Source of the DNA: Macrostomum hystrix
Taxonomy: Eukaryota; Animalia; Platyhelminthes
Assembly: GCA_950097015.1 (NCBI GenBank)
Contig: CATNEN010000007.1
Location: forward strand, 13,082,001 to 13,146,000
Reading direction: 5' to 3'
Length of the DNA: 64,000 nt
Shown here: positions 13,384 to 24,896 of the stretch, piece by piece
How positions within the stretch are numbered: position 1 is the stretch's first letter
Layout of the letters: each line of letters starts with the position of its first letter
Program-made: the position numbers and the translations under genes
The notes under the pieces: model-generated
The model's database searches: none
What the model was told of the DNA's origin: nothing
Seen by the model: the letters and a program-made list of their open reading frames with translations, nothing else

Positions 13384-13995
13384 TATCTGTGGATATGAAT
13401 GGCTGATGAATTGGGATCTGTGGATATGAATGGCTGATGAATTGGGATCTGTGGATATGAATGGCTGATGAATTGGGATCTGTGGATATGAATGGCTGAT
13501 GAATTGGGATCTGTGGATATGAAGCGCAGTTGAATTGGGATCTGTGGATATGAAGCGCAGTTGAATTGGGATCTGTGGATATGAAGTGCTGATGAATTGG
13601 GATCTGTGGATATGAAGTGCTGATGAATTGGTATCTGTAGATATGAAGTGCTGATGAATTGGGATCTGTGGATATGAATGGCTGATGAATTGGGATCTGT
13701 GGATATGAAGCGCAGTTGAATTGGGATCTGTGGATATGAAGCGCAGTTGAATTGGGATCTGTGGATATGAAGTGCTGATGAATTGGGATCTGTGGATATG
13801 AAGCGCAGTTGAATTGGGATCTGTGGATATGAAGTGCTGATGAATTGGGATCTGTGGATATGAAGTGCTGATGAATTGGGATCTGTGGATATGAAGTGCT
13901 GATGAATTGGGATCTGTGGATATGAAGTGCTGATGAATTGGGATCTGTGGATATGATGTGCTGATGAATTGGGATCTGTGGATATGAATTGGGAA
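13384..13995. repeat. 31-bp satellite B (GATCTGTGGATATGAAGTGCTGATGAATTGG), ~20 copies, contiguous with A
   Basis: Direct periodicity. Confidence 0.95.
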
Positions 13996-14357
13996 TTTCT
14001 CGGGAATCGCTCATGGCTTTTGGCCTGCACATTACAGTGAGAAGCTCAATGAATCACCAAGCAGATCAGCGATTGTCTGCCAGCTTGAAAGCCAGGAGCT
14101 GGGTGGGATGTCAGCTGTGCCCAGCGTGTTGGAGCTTGTGTCTGTGCACAGGAAGCATTTTGCACTTAAGCACTTAAGCCCTCCATTTCCCATTGCCCGT
14201 GCCCTGACCCAGTTCCCGCCACTGCCAAGTCCGTGAGAAAGGCGGCCCCTGTTTTCCTATTTTTTCTTCCCTTTTCCTCATTCCGCCACCCGTGCCACCT
14301 GAAGCCCGCACACGGGCAGCCTGCTTTGAAGTCGTCTGGGTGGCCTCGTGGCTTCTA

Positions 14358-15093
14358 CCCGATTGTGAGCGATTTGGCAGAGAAGCTGAGATGAGGACTG
14401 AGCAGCCCCGATTGTGAGCGATTTGGCAGAGAAGCTGAGATGAGGACTGAGCAGCCTCGATTGTGAGCGATTTGGCAGAGAAGCTGAGATGAGGACTGAG
14501 CAGCCCCGATTGTGAGCGATTTGGCTGAGAAGCTGAGATGAGGACTGAGCAGCCCCGATTGTGAGCGATTTGGCAGAGAAGCTGAGATGAGGACTGAGCA
14601 GCCCCGATTGTGAGCGATTTGGTAGAGAAGCTGAGATGAGGACTGAGCAGCCCCGATTGTGAGCGATTTGGCAGAGAAGCTGAGATGAGGACTGAGCAGC
14701 CCCGATTGTGAGCGATTTGGTAGAGAAGCTGAGATGAGGACTGAGCAGCCCCGATTGTGAGCGATTTGGTAGAGAAGCTGAGATGAGGACTGAGCAGCCC
14801 CGATTGTGAGCGATTTGGTAGAGAAGCTGAGATGAGGACTGAGCAGCCCCGATTGTGAGCGATTTGGTAGAGAAGCTGAGATGAGGACTGAGCAGCCCCG
14901 ATTGTGAGCGATTTGGTAGAGAAGCTGAGATGAGGACTGAGCAGCCCCGATTGTGAGCGATTTGGTAGAGAAGCTGAGATGAGGACTGAGCAGCCCCGAT
15001 TGTGAGCGATTTGGTAGAGAAGCTGAGATGAGGACTGAGCAGCCCCGATTGTGAGCGATTTGGTAGAGAAGCTGAGATGAGGACTGAGCAGCC
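14358..15093. repeat. 49-bp minisatellite, 15 copies
   Basis: Unit CCCGATTGTGAGCGATTTGGTAGAGAAGCTGAGATGAGGACTGAGCAGC. Confidence 0.95.
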
Positions 15094-15690
15094 TGTTATG
15101 GCTCCAATGAGTAGTGCAATTCACCTGTGATAGCCCGACATAGATATATCACCTGCATTCATCTAGTCATAAAACAGTTGATAATGGAACTCTTTCACCT
15201 CAGATTCCCAGAGGAACTCTGCCGGGCTTTGTACTGTGCCAAAGTTTCAAAGCCCAGACACAGGAATAGTTTGAGACTGGTCTCATGGCTACCAATAAAT
15301 ATAGTAATGGAGACTCACGCAGTCCCGAAAGATACAAATTGGTGCATCATCCACTGTCACTATAGCTGCCGGCTCTGCTTTGCCTGTCGCGAGCCTCAAA
15401 GTTTTTAATTGCCCGATCATGGGTTATACAACTCGGGCCCGCAGATTCCCATGCTCTGTGATTTCCTGCCCATAATTGTAGCGATCCCCTGTTGCCACAG
15501 GAGACCCGGGGCTGCCAAAACTGGGAGTGCGGGGTCATAAAGCACAGCAACACCCAGGGCTGCTCGTGTAACCAGGCCACCCATTCCCGACTGAGTAATC
15601 TCTCACTACAGAATCAGATGTCAGCCTATTGCCTGTTTTGCTCTTTTTGTTACTGTGGTCTGCGTTTCTGTATTACCCAGCCATACAACT

Positions 15691-15957
15691 TGTCATGCAC
15701 TGTCTAGAGACCACTGGCCAGCCATCCAGCTGCCACTGTCATGCACTGTCTAGAGACCACTGGCCAGCCATCCAGCTGCCACTGCCATGCACTGTCTAGA
15801 GACCACTGGCCAGCCATACTGCGGCCACTGCCATGCACTGTCTGCAGAGCACTGGCCAGCCATACTGCTGCCACTGCCATGCAATGTCTGCAGACCACTG
15901 GCCAGCCATACTGCTGCCACTGTCATGCACTGTCTGCAGACCACTGGCCAGCCACTG
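15691..15957. repeat. 46-bp minisatellite, ~6 copies
   Basis: Unit TGTCATGCACTGTCTAGAGACCACTGGCCAGCCATCCAGCTGCCAC. Confidence 0.9.
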
Positions 15958-17102
15958 CTTCTTCCTTCTGGAACCTCAGTGCACGATAAGACTGTCGACG
16001 CCAGACCTCTCTGATCAGTTGGTAGAGGCCCTTCATTCGCAAAAATTGCAGCATTGCGTCACCGCAGAGGCAGCGCGCACAGTATCTCTTGACTAAGTCA
16101 TCCCACTCTCCCACAACTCTCGCAGAAGTCAAACAGGCGGCTTGGCAGATAAGCCAGAGTGTCAACTCTGCCATGTAAGTGCCAGCGCCAATGCGGCCAG
16201 TCCGTAAACAAATACACAGCCAGGGCAAGAGCAAACACACATGCATGTGTGGTTGGCAATAAATTAACCAAAACTGATTAGCTGCTGAACCTGTTGCATC
16301 ACCTGCGGCCAGTGCAGGAATTAAGCAAGCTGTCAGCCCCAGCACTGCGAAGGCCGCAGTGAAGGCAGGCGGCAGTTGCTCCAGGCCTGTCACAAGCGCA
16401 GGCAGCTTCATTTTTGGAACGTCTAACCCGGCTCCCCACTGTGCGAGTGAAAAACTGCAGCGCCCTGTTTATTGCCCTGCACTTGGGCTCAATTGCGTCA
16501 CCTCCGCCTGCGTGCGACTTTTTGACGTGAAAAGCAATGGTTGGGTCATCGCCTATTCTCTTGCGTAGCTTTTTAGCCCAGCAATTCGCGTGGGGCTGGT
16601 AGATCGGAATTTCACACTCCACAGCGCTTCCTTAGTGAGGCGGCGTTTGAGTTAAAGTGAATTTGAGTTGTCTGGCTTATTTTGCACCGCAACTTGTTTA
16701 CTATATTTTGTTCTCACTTATTTTAATCCACTGCAAGTACATACTCATTTTCTCTAATACGAGTACATTCTGTCTACCTGTGTGCGCCTAGCCCACCTCC
16801 CCAAATATTGTCACCTTCCACCACTCTACCCTGATCGCTATATAATATCTCGCTATTGATTATCGCACACTGTATAGAATTTTGCTCGCCTTGTTCTCAA
16901 ACTAGCAGAATGTACTTTTCTCAGTCATTTGCGACATGACACTTAGATCCACGGGCCCCGACCTCATGGTAGTATTCAATGACCTGCTAAATTAAAGGTA
17001 TTGAATTTCGCACAACAACAGCATCATTCATAACAGCTGTCATGCGTTCCTTGATGAGTAGTGAGCATCTGAAAGTGCGGAAACACTGAATGAAGAGTCA
17101 TT

Positions 17103-18232
17103 AGCTGCCCTGACACGGGTCATGGAATAGAGAGCTGTCCTGACATGGGTCATAGAATAGAGAGCTGTCCTGACACGGGTCAGAATAGAGAGCTGTCCTG
17201 ACACGGGTCAGAATAGAGAGCTGTCCTGACACGGGTCAGAATAGAGAGCTGTCCTGACACGGGTCAGAATAGAGAGCTGTCCTGACATGGGTCATAGAAT
17301 AGAGAGCTGTCCTGACACGGGTCAGAATAGAGAGCTGTCCTGACACGGGTCAGAATAGAGAGCTGTCCTGACATGGGTCATAGAATAGAGAGCTGTCCTG
17401 ACACGGGTCAGAATAGAGAGCTGTCCTGACACGGGTCAGAATAGAGAGCTGTCCTGACATGGGTCATAGAATAGAGAGCTGTCCTGACACGGGTCAGAAT
17501 AGAGAGCTGTCCTGACATGGGTCATAGAATAGAGAGCTGTCCTGACACGGGTCAGAATAGAGAGCTGTCCTGACACGGGTCAGAATAGAGAGCTGTCCTG
17601 ACATGGGTCATAGAATAGAGAGCTGTCCTGACACGGGTCAGAATAGAGAGCTGTCCTGACATGGGTCATAGAATAGAGAGCTGTCCTGACACGGGTCAGA
17701 ATAGAGAGCTGTCCTGACACGGGTCAGAATAGAGAGCTGCCCTGACACGGGTCATGGAATAGAGAGCTGTCCTGACACGGGTCAGAATAGAGAGCTGTCC
17801 TGACACGGGTCAGAATAGAGAGCTGTCCTGACATGGGTCATGGAATAGAGAGCTGCCCTGACACGGTTCATGGAATAGAGAGCTGTCCTGACATGGGTCA
17901 CAGAATAGAGAGCTGTCCTGACACGGGTCAGAATAGAGAGCTGCCCTGACACGGGTCATGGAATAGAGAGCTGTCCTGACATGGGTCATGGAATAGAGAG
18001 CTCAACTGACATGGGTCATGGAATAGAGAGCTCAACTGACATGGGTCATAGAATAGAGAGCTCAACTGACATGGGTCATGGAATAGAGAGCTCAACTGAC
18101 ATGGGTCATGGAATAGAGAGCTCAACTGACATGGGTCATAGAATAGAGAGCTGTCCTGACATGGGTCATGGAATAGAGAGCTCAACTGACATGGGTCATA
18201 GAATAGAGAGCTCAACTGACATGGGTCATAGA
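17103..18232. repeat. 28/30-bp minisatellite (GAATAGAGAGCTGTCCTGACAYGGGTCA[TA])
   Basis: Two interspersed length variants. Confidence 0.95.
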
Positions 18233-19248
18233 GTTCAGGAGTAGAGAGAGGCTTTCCACTGAAATTCCTGGAAAGCCCATAGTGAAAGTGAGTCCAAGGA
18301 TCTGCGGCACCAACCCACCCCTATCTTCCTGACTCCTCTTTAAGGGCGCACATGCGCAGTCATGCCCTGCATTGCCCGCAATGGGATAAATGGGATGAGA
18401 ACTTGACGATCAGCCACAGGCCGAGTTGTTTCTCCAAACAATTGGATCTCAGGGAAGGCGGAGCGCACCTGGCCAGCCCGGGTCACGATGGGGATTACGC
18501 CATAGGCCACTCCCGAGCTCATTGATATCCCAGCGTGACGGGGACTCGTGGATTAAGCACAGCGCGAGAAGTTGGCAAGCTCAGGCAATGCAACACTTCC
18601 TGCCAAACTGCTGACCTCGGCAACAACTTCATGGCGGCCCAATATTTAGGGATATTTTATGATGGAATAACTGCAGTGACGCAACCCCGCAGTGTTATCC
18701 GAGCTGTCACCGATGACGAGCCGCGGGCCGGCTTCCGGCCTCCTCCTGCCTCCTAATTGCCTTCTCAAAATGCTGTCTATGGCCGGCCCCCCGCCGATGT
18801 CCGTGCGGTTCGCGACAAAAACTGGCGTGGCGTCACCCCGTGAGCAGCCGGATGGGAGCTCGGGCCGGCCTCCTGCGCCCGCCCAGTCTCTGGGCGGATG
18901 GGAGCAACTGTTGGCCCCTGTCTAAAGTGTCGAGTTGTGGGCTGATCTCCCTCATTCAATTCTAATATTGCCGTTTGCTATGCTTAATTCAACAAGTCTC
19001 AAGCGGCTGTCTGTGGCGTTGAGTGGGTCTGCATTCTGTGCATTCATGAGCTCGCATACTGCGCACGAGATAGAGAGGCAAATTATACTTTCACCTGCCC
19101 GTCATCGCTTCGTTTGAGGGAAATAGGCTTAAATGGAGAGTGGAGAGCGGCACGAAAATAGGAAAAGGTGAGAGAGAGAAGCATTGATAAAACTGAAAAA
19201 TTGCTAAAAGAAAGAACGAGAAAAAGGGAAATAAAAGTTTGTTAGGCG

Positions 19249-20120
19249 CAAGCAAGTTAAGCCGTGAGTTAAGACACAAGCAAGTTAAGCTGTAAGTTAA
19301 GTTAAGCTGTGACTTAAGTTAAGCTGTGAGTTAAGTTAAGCTGTGACTTAAGTTAAGCTGTGAGTTAAGACACAAGCAAGTTAAGCTGTGAGTTAAGACA
19401 CAAGCAAGTTAAGCTGTGCGTTAAGTTAAGCTGTGACTTAAGTTAAGCTGTGAGTTAAGTTAAGCTGTGACTTAAGTTAAGCTGTGAGTTAAGACACAAG
19501 CAAGTTAAGCTGTAAGTTAAGGAACAAGCAAGTTAAGCTGTGAGTTAAGGAACAAGCAAGTTAAGCTGTGAGTTAAGGCACAAGCAAGTTAAGCTGTGAG
19601 TTAAGGAACAAGCAAGTTAAGCTGTGAGTTAAGTTAAGCTGTGACTTAAGTTAAGCTGTGAGTTAAGACACAAGCAAGTTAAGCTGTGAGTTAAGGAACA
19701 AGCAAGTTAAGCTGTGAGTTAAGGAACAAGCAAGTTAAGCTGTGAGTTAAGGCACAAGCAAGTTAAGCTGTGAGTTAAGGAACAAGCAAGTTAAGCTGTG
19801 AGTTAAGGAACAAGCAAGTTAAGCTGTGAGTTAAGGCACAAGCAAGTTAAGCTGTGAGTTAAGTTAAGCTGTGACTTAAGTTAAGCTGTGAGTTAAGACA
19901 CAAGCAAGTTAAGCTGTGAGTTAAGGAACAAGCAAGTTAAGCTGTGAGTTAAGGAACAAGCAAGTTAAGCTGTGAGTTAAGGCACAAGCAAGTTAAGCTG
20001 TGAGTTAAGGAACAAGCAAGTTAAGCTGTGAGTTAAGGAACAAGCAAGTTAAGCTGTGAGTTAAGGAACAAGCAAGTTAAGCTGTGAGTTAAGGAACAAG
20101 CAAGTTAATCTGTGAGTCAA
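19249..20120. repeat. 28-bp/17-18-bp nested minisatellite (CAAGCAAGTTAAGCTGTGAGTTAAGGAA)
   Basis: Direct periodicity. Confidence 0.95.
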
Positions 20121-21985
20121 GCTAAGCCGTTAGTTAAGGCATAATCCGAATTGGTAAAACAAATAGCATGGAAACGCCATGTCGCAAGTGAGAGAAAAAC
20201 AAAGACACACTTGGTGGCAAAGATGAAGATCGGCAATTGGATAAAAGGCAGGCACTTAGCGCCTCTGAATTTGCATGGCAAATGAAAACAGCAACGCCAG
20301 TGTGTGGAATGGCCACTCCTTCAGGCGATCTCGCGGCTGTTTTGTGGAAGTTTCACGCACCGCGGGCTCGAACAATGGCTGGGCAGCGGGCCACAGCGTA
20401 TTGTTGTGCCCGCGACCGCAGCCGAGCGTGGCGAATCCAATTTCGGTCAGGGGGTTGGGCCATAGAACACGGCGACGCCCGCGGAGCTGCCCGGCAACCG
20501 AGTGCAGCGGGGCCTAATTGCGGGAGTGCGCCAGGAGTTCGCAGTACAATACGGCCCCCACTGGCCACTTAATCACCAGTTGCTCCGGGCCTCCATCAAC
20601 CCGGCACCGCCCCGAGGGCCCGGCCGTGTCGTGTGTCTCCGAGCTGCCTGCTCACGGGGATCGAATGCGCCGGCTCGCACTGATCCCATAGCTCCCTGGC
20701 CATCTCGCACTAATTTGTCTGTTGCAAACACCCCGCATGCAAATTATAATTTATATTCTAATTCGGCAATTAAGTTCCTATGCGGCTCACCCCGCCTCCA
20801 TAACGGAACGGAGTCCTGTCTGAGATGCATGAGCAGCCTGAGTTGAATGACATGAATGTGGCAACACAAGCGCTTGTGGCGAACTCATAAATCAATTCTC
20901 CGTTTCCTGTGGGTCTCTGAATAGGAGATAAATCAGCATGCTTTGAGAACATGTCAATACAATGTGTGCCAGGGAAATTTAGAGCTGCCTCTCGCTTAGG
21001 GTGATGGAGACAAAGTTGACATAAATTCTCAGCTGTTTGCTGCCCGCATGTTTGCTTCGTTGGGGTCTGACAAAAAACTATTTATCTGCTCCATGCAAAA
21101 TTCAATAGAGGTTTTCGGGATCAGTGGCTCGATGCGATCTCCCTGGCAGGCGCATTGTTGCCTCATCGCCGCAATGATATATTTTTAGTCCCGTCAAGTG
21201 CCCGAGCCACTCAGCGCATAACCTCGATTGCGCGGCCATTTCGCAAACTATTTTTTGCTGCCTTCAATCAGACACCCCACCGAGCCTGCAAAAATATTCT
21301 TGGTGAAGGAGCCGTGAAACAAGCAATTGGCGATCACTAGCAGTTTTTCCTCAAAGTCTTGTCAACAAGCAGCAAAAAGCAATGGCAAACTGGCCTTGCG
21401 CAATCACTGCCGTTGGTGGCCCTTGCCTTTGCGCAATGTCCACTTCTATGGTTTTTTTTCTTTACAAGATTTGTCCAACGGAAATGAAAAGGCAATAACA
21501 GGGATATTTAGCAACCAGGTCTTGGACTGAGATGCCTCAAGTGGGGCATTGGGCTTGAAACTCGTCTGAGCAGAGGCGCAAAAAACACACAAATGAGCCT
21601 CTTGAGTACTGCCCGAGTGCCCCCAAATCGATACAAGTTTGATTGAAGCCCATTGTCTAGATCTCATTGTCCATTCTTATGCTCGATAGTTATCAATATT
21701 CTTTAACGTTAAGCAAATGAAAACTCATTTCGACACCAGGCCTCAAAACTGACCCCGCAGCCGTCTCTGCGGCCCCATTCCGGTCTCCCGGTTAGCTGAG
21801 AGGCCTGAACTCAGTGCACCTCTTGCGCGATTGCATCGCGAAAGATCAGGTGAAACAGAAATTTAAAGCAACAAGCACCATGTATTTTGAGCTATTGTTT
21901 TTAACGAAGAAGCTTCTGTCTTCTTCCATGCTCGCAGTCTTTTTTCAATTCCCACTCCATTTCTCCGCTGCATTACTTCCCTGCC

Positions 21986-22724
21986 AGTCTGACTGGTTTC
22001 TGCAGTTCACACTAAAACTCACTCTAGTCTGACTGGTTTCAGTTCTGCAGTTCACACTCAGACTCACTCTAGTCTGACTGGTTTCAGTTCTGCAGTTCAC
22101 ACGCAGACTCACTCTAGTCTGACTGGTTTCAGTTCTGCAGTTCACACTCAGACTCACTCTAGTCTGACTGGTTTCAGTTCTGCAGTTCACACTCAGACTC
22201 ACTCTAGTCTGACTGGTTTCAGTTCTGCAGTTCACACGCAGACTCACTCTAGTCTGACTGGTTTCAGTTCTGCAGTTCACACTCAGACTCACTCTAGTCT
22301 GACTGGTTTCAGTTCTGCAGTTCACACTCAGACTCACTCTAGTCTGACTGGTTTCAGTTCTGCAGTTCACACTGAGACTCACTCTAGTCTGTCTGGTTTC
22401 AGTTCTGCAGTTCACACGCAGACTCACTCTAGTCTGACTAGTTTCAGTTCTGCAGTTCACACGCAGACTCACTCTAGTCTGACTGGTTTCAGTTCTGCAG
22501 TTCACACGCAGACTCACTCTAGTCTGACTGGTTTCAGTTCTGCAGTTCACACGCAGACTCACTCTAGTCTGACTGGTTTCAGTTCTGCAGTTCACACGCA
22601 GACTCACTCTAGTCTGACTGGTTTCAGTTCTGCAGTTCACACGCAGACTCACTCTAGTCTGACTGGTTTCAGTTCTGCAGTTCACACGCAGACTCACTCT
22701 AGTCTGACTGGTTTCAGTTCTGCA
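21986..22724. repeat. 45-bp minisatellite, ~16 copies
   Basis: Unit AGTCTGACTGGTTTCAGTTCTGCAGTTCACACGCAGACTCACTCT. Confidence 0.95.
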
Positions 22725-23214
22725 TTTCTGAATTGGTTTTTTTTCCAGTCCCTCCCTCAGCAACACAAACTAGAGTTCCTGATTCAAGAAAATTGGAGAC
22801 AAAGTCTGACAGCAAGTTTTTTGATACTCATCTGAGCTCGAATATGTACAGCTTGACTTGAGTTTATAATATTTGGCAGAATGACACTGAATAATGGAAC
22901 AGTTTAAGTCAGTCAAGTATCATAAGCAAATTAAGTAAATAAAGAGATATAGATATATTTATAACTCATGTCACAAGTGAAGTAGGCGCAGTTCAAGCTA
23001 AAATATGAGCAGAGAGATCACTTTGCGTCTCAGCTGTAGCAACAACTGTAGCATAATAGATGGCATATAAACACTGTGCGAGCACTTTGTCAATGAATAG
23101 ATTCGCTGTATATACAGTGCATGATGCTCTTCTGTACTCCGTATTTACAGCAAGTAACAAGTAAGCTAATTCGGAAGGCAAACAAGATATGAACAAGTGC
23201 GCATGGAAACTATG

Positions 23215-23261
23215 ATCACAAATCTGTACAAAGTGGCTGCCATTGGTTCGGGCTATCACAG
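23215..23261 (-). promoter_or_regulatory. Two K-boxes (miR-2 family seed sites) in the hes 3' UTR
   Basis: mRNA-sense CTGTGATA (23261-23254, full K-box, 8-mer) and TGTGAT (23220-23215), 33-80 nt after the stop. Confidence 0.65.
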
Positions 23262-23293
23262 ATTCAACACTCCGAGCTCGACCAGCTATCCGA

Positions 23294-23740
23294 TCACCAG
23301 GGCCGCCAGACTGACGCCGCAGAGGCAGCCGCGGGAGCAGCGCCGTGCCAGCTGTTAGCGTCCTCCGTCTCCACAGATGGCGCCCGTGCGGCGTCCGAGG
23401 CGCAGCGAACCAGCGACTGTCGACGGCTTGCTGCGGCGGCATCCGCAGTCTCGCGGCCTCGGCCAGCGGTGTTGTTAAGGCAGCCTAGTGGCCGGCGCTG
23501 CCTTGGCTGCAGTTGCTGGCGCTGCAGGCAGGAGACCGTGAGCTCCAGGATATCGGCCTTCTCCAGCTTCTGGTACTGGGCAGGATCCATCTGGAACTGC
23601 TCCATCAGCAGCTCCTTGAGCTGGTCGAGGCTGGCGTTGATCCTGGCACGCCGCTTGCGCTCCATCATTTGCTTAGTGACGCGGCGGCTCTGCTGCTGGC
23701 CAGTTCCGCTGCTGCTGCTGCTGATGCACTGGTTCTCCAT
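23294..23740 (-). CDS. hes: HES/hairy/E(spl)-family bHLH transcriptional repressor, intronless, 148 aa
   Basis: bHLH KQMMERKRRARINASLDQLKELL...KLEKADILELTVSCL; C-terminal WRPW Groucho-binding tetrapeptide immediately before the stop. Confidence 0.95.
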   Translation of the reverse strand: MENQCISSSSSGTGQQQSRRVTKQMMERKRRARINASLDQLKELLMEQFQMDPAQYQKLEKADILELTVSCLQRQQLQPRQRRPLGCLNNTAGRGRETADAAAASRRQSLVRCASDAARAPSVETEDANSWHGAAPAAASAASVWRPW

Positions 23741-23865
23741 TTGTTGCTTAGTGAAGACAGGAAAAGTTTTGGCAGGGCTGAGTGAATCGAGAGGATTGGC
23801 TTGGAGAATGTGATTTAGGGCTGTTTGGGATCTGAGTCAAGTCTCCCATGGGGCCACGGTGGGGG

Positions 23866-23955
23866 AATTTTATAGAAACCCAGGTGGGGTGGTAGGGGGC
23901 GCCCACTAGCGCTGGCCAATGGCAGTCTCGTGCCAGCCAATGGGATCTCGCGTGC
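23866..23955 (-). promoter_or_regulatory. hes core promoter: TATA box, two CCAAT boxes, N-box and class-C site
   Basis: Minus-strand TATAAAA at ~23874-23868; CCAAT at ~23916 and ~23937; CACGAG (~23932-23927) and CACGCG (~23954-23949). Confidence 0.55.
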
Positions 23956-24520
23956 GCCTTTTTCCTTAAACACAGTGGTCCAAATTCCATCCCCAATACC
24001 CATTAGTCTTGGTTGCCAACTGTAAATATGCGGGCAATGAAATCTACTGGGCAAGCGATGAGTATTAGGGATATCTGGGATATCACTGGGATCATTGGCC
24101 AGATCTGGCACGCCCGTGGCACGTATTTGCTCGTAGCCGTCAATTTGCATTGAGCATGCGGGAGGCTGTGAGATGTTGTGCAACAAACAGCGCCGCTGCT
24201 CATGTTCGGCCATAGACAAAGCGACCGACTCTGTATCCAGCGGGTAGACCTTCCGATTGCCTAGATGATAGATGAGGGAGCCTGAGTGGGATTTGGGGTC
24301 GTAGCCATCCTCAACAAGGCTGTGAAACTAACTCGTGTATCCGGCCGTGCTCACTGGCAATTAGCTCAACTTAGAAAGACATGGCGACTGCATATGAGCT
24401 GTAATTCATGCATTGCACACTAATTATGGGTACACTCGGTTGGGTGGCCGATCGGTGAGTCCGGTTTTTGTAATTGGGAGGCTTTTCATTATCCGCCTTT
24501 TTGGAGACTGCAAGCATAGA

Positions 24521-24885
24521 AGCACACTTCTGCGTGAATATGGCACTCTTCTATGCATATGGCACACTTCTGCATGAATATGGCACTCTTCTATGCAAAT
24601 GGCACACTTCTGCATGAATATGGCACTCTTCTATGCAAATGGCACACTTCTGCATGAATATGGCACTCTTCTACTTGCATATGGCACACTTCTGCATGAA
24701 TATGGCACTCTTCTATGCATATGGCACACTTCTGCATGAATATGGCACTCTTCTACTTGCATATGGCACACTTCTGCATGAATATGGCACTCTTCTATGC
24801 ATATGGCACACTTCTGCATGAATATGGCACTCTTCTATGCATATGGCACACTTCTGCATGAATATGGCACTCTTCTACTTGCATA
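24521..24885. repeat. 40/43-bp minisatellite built from two ~20-bp ATATGGCAC subunits, ~9 copies
   Basis: Direct periodicity. Confidence 0.92.
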
Positions 24886-24896
24886 TCTGACCCTTT

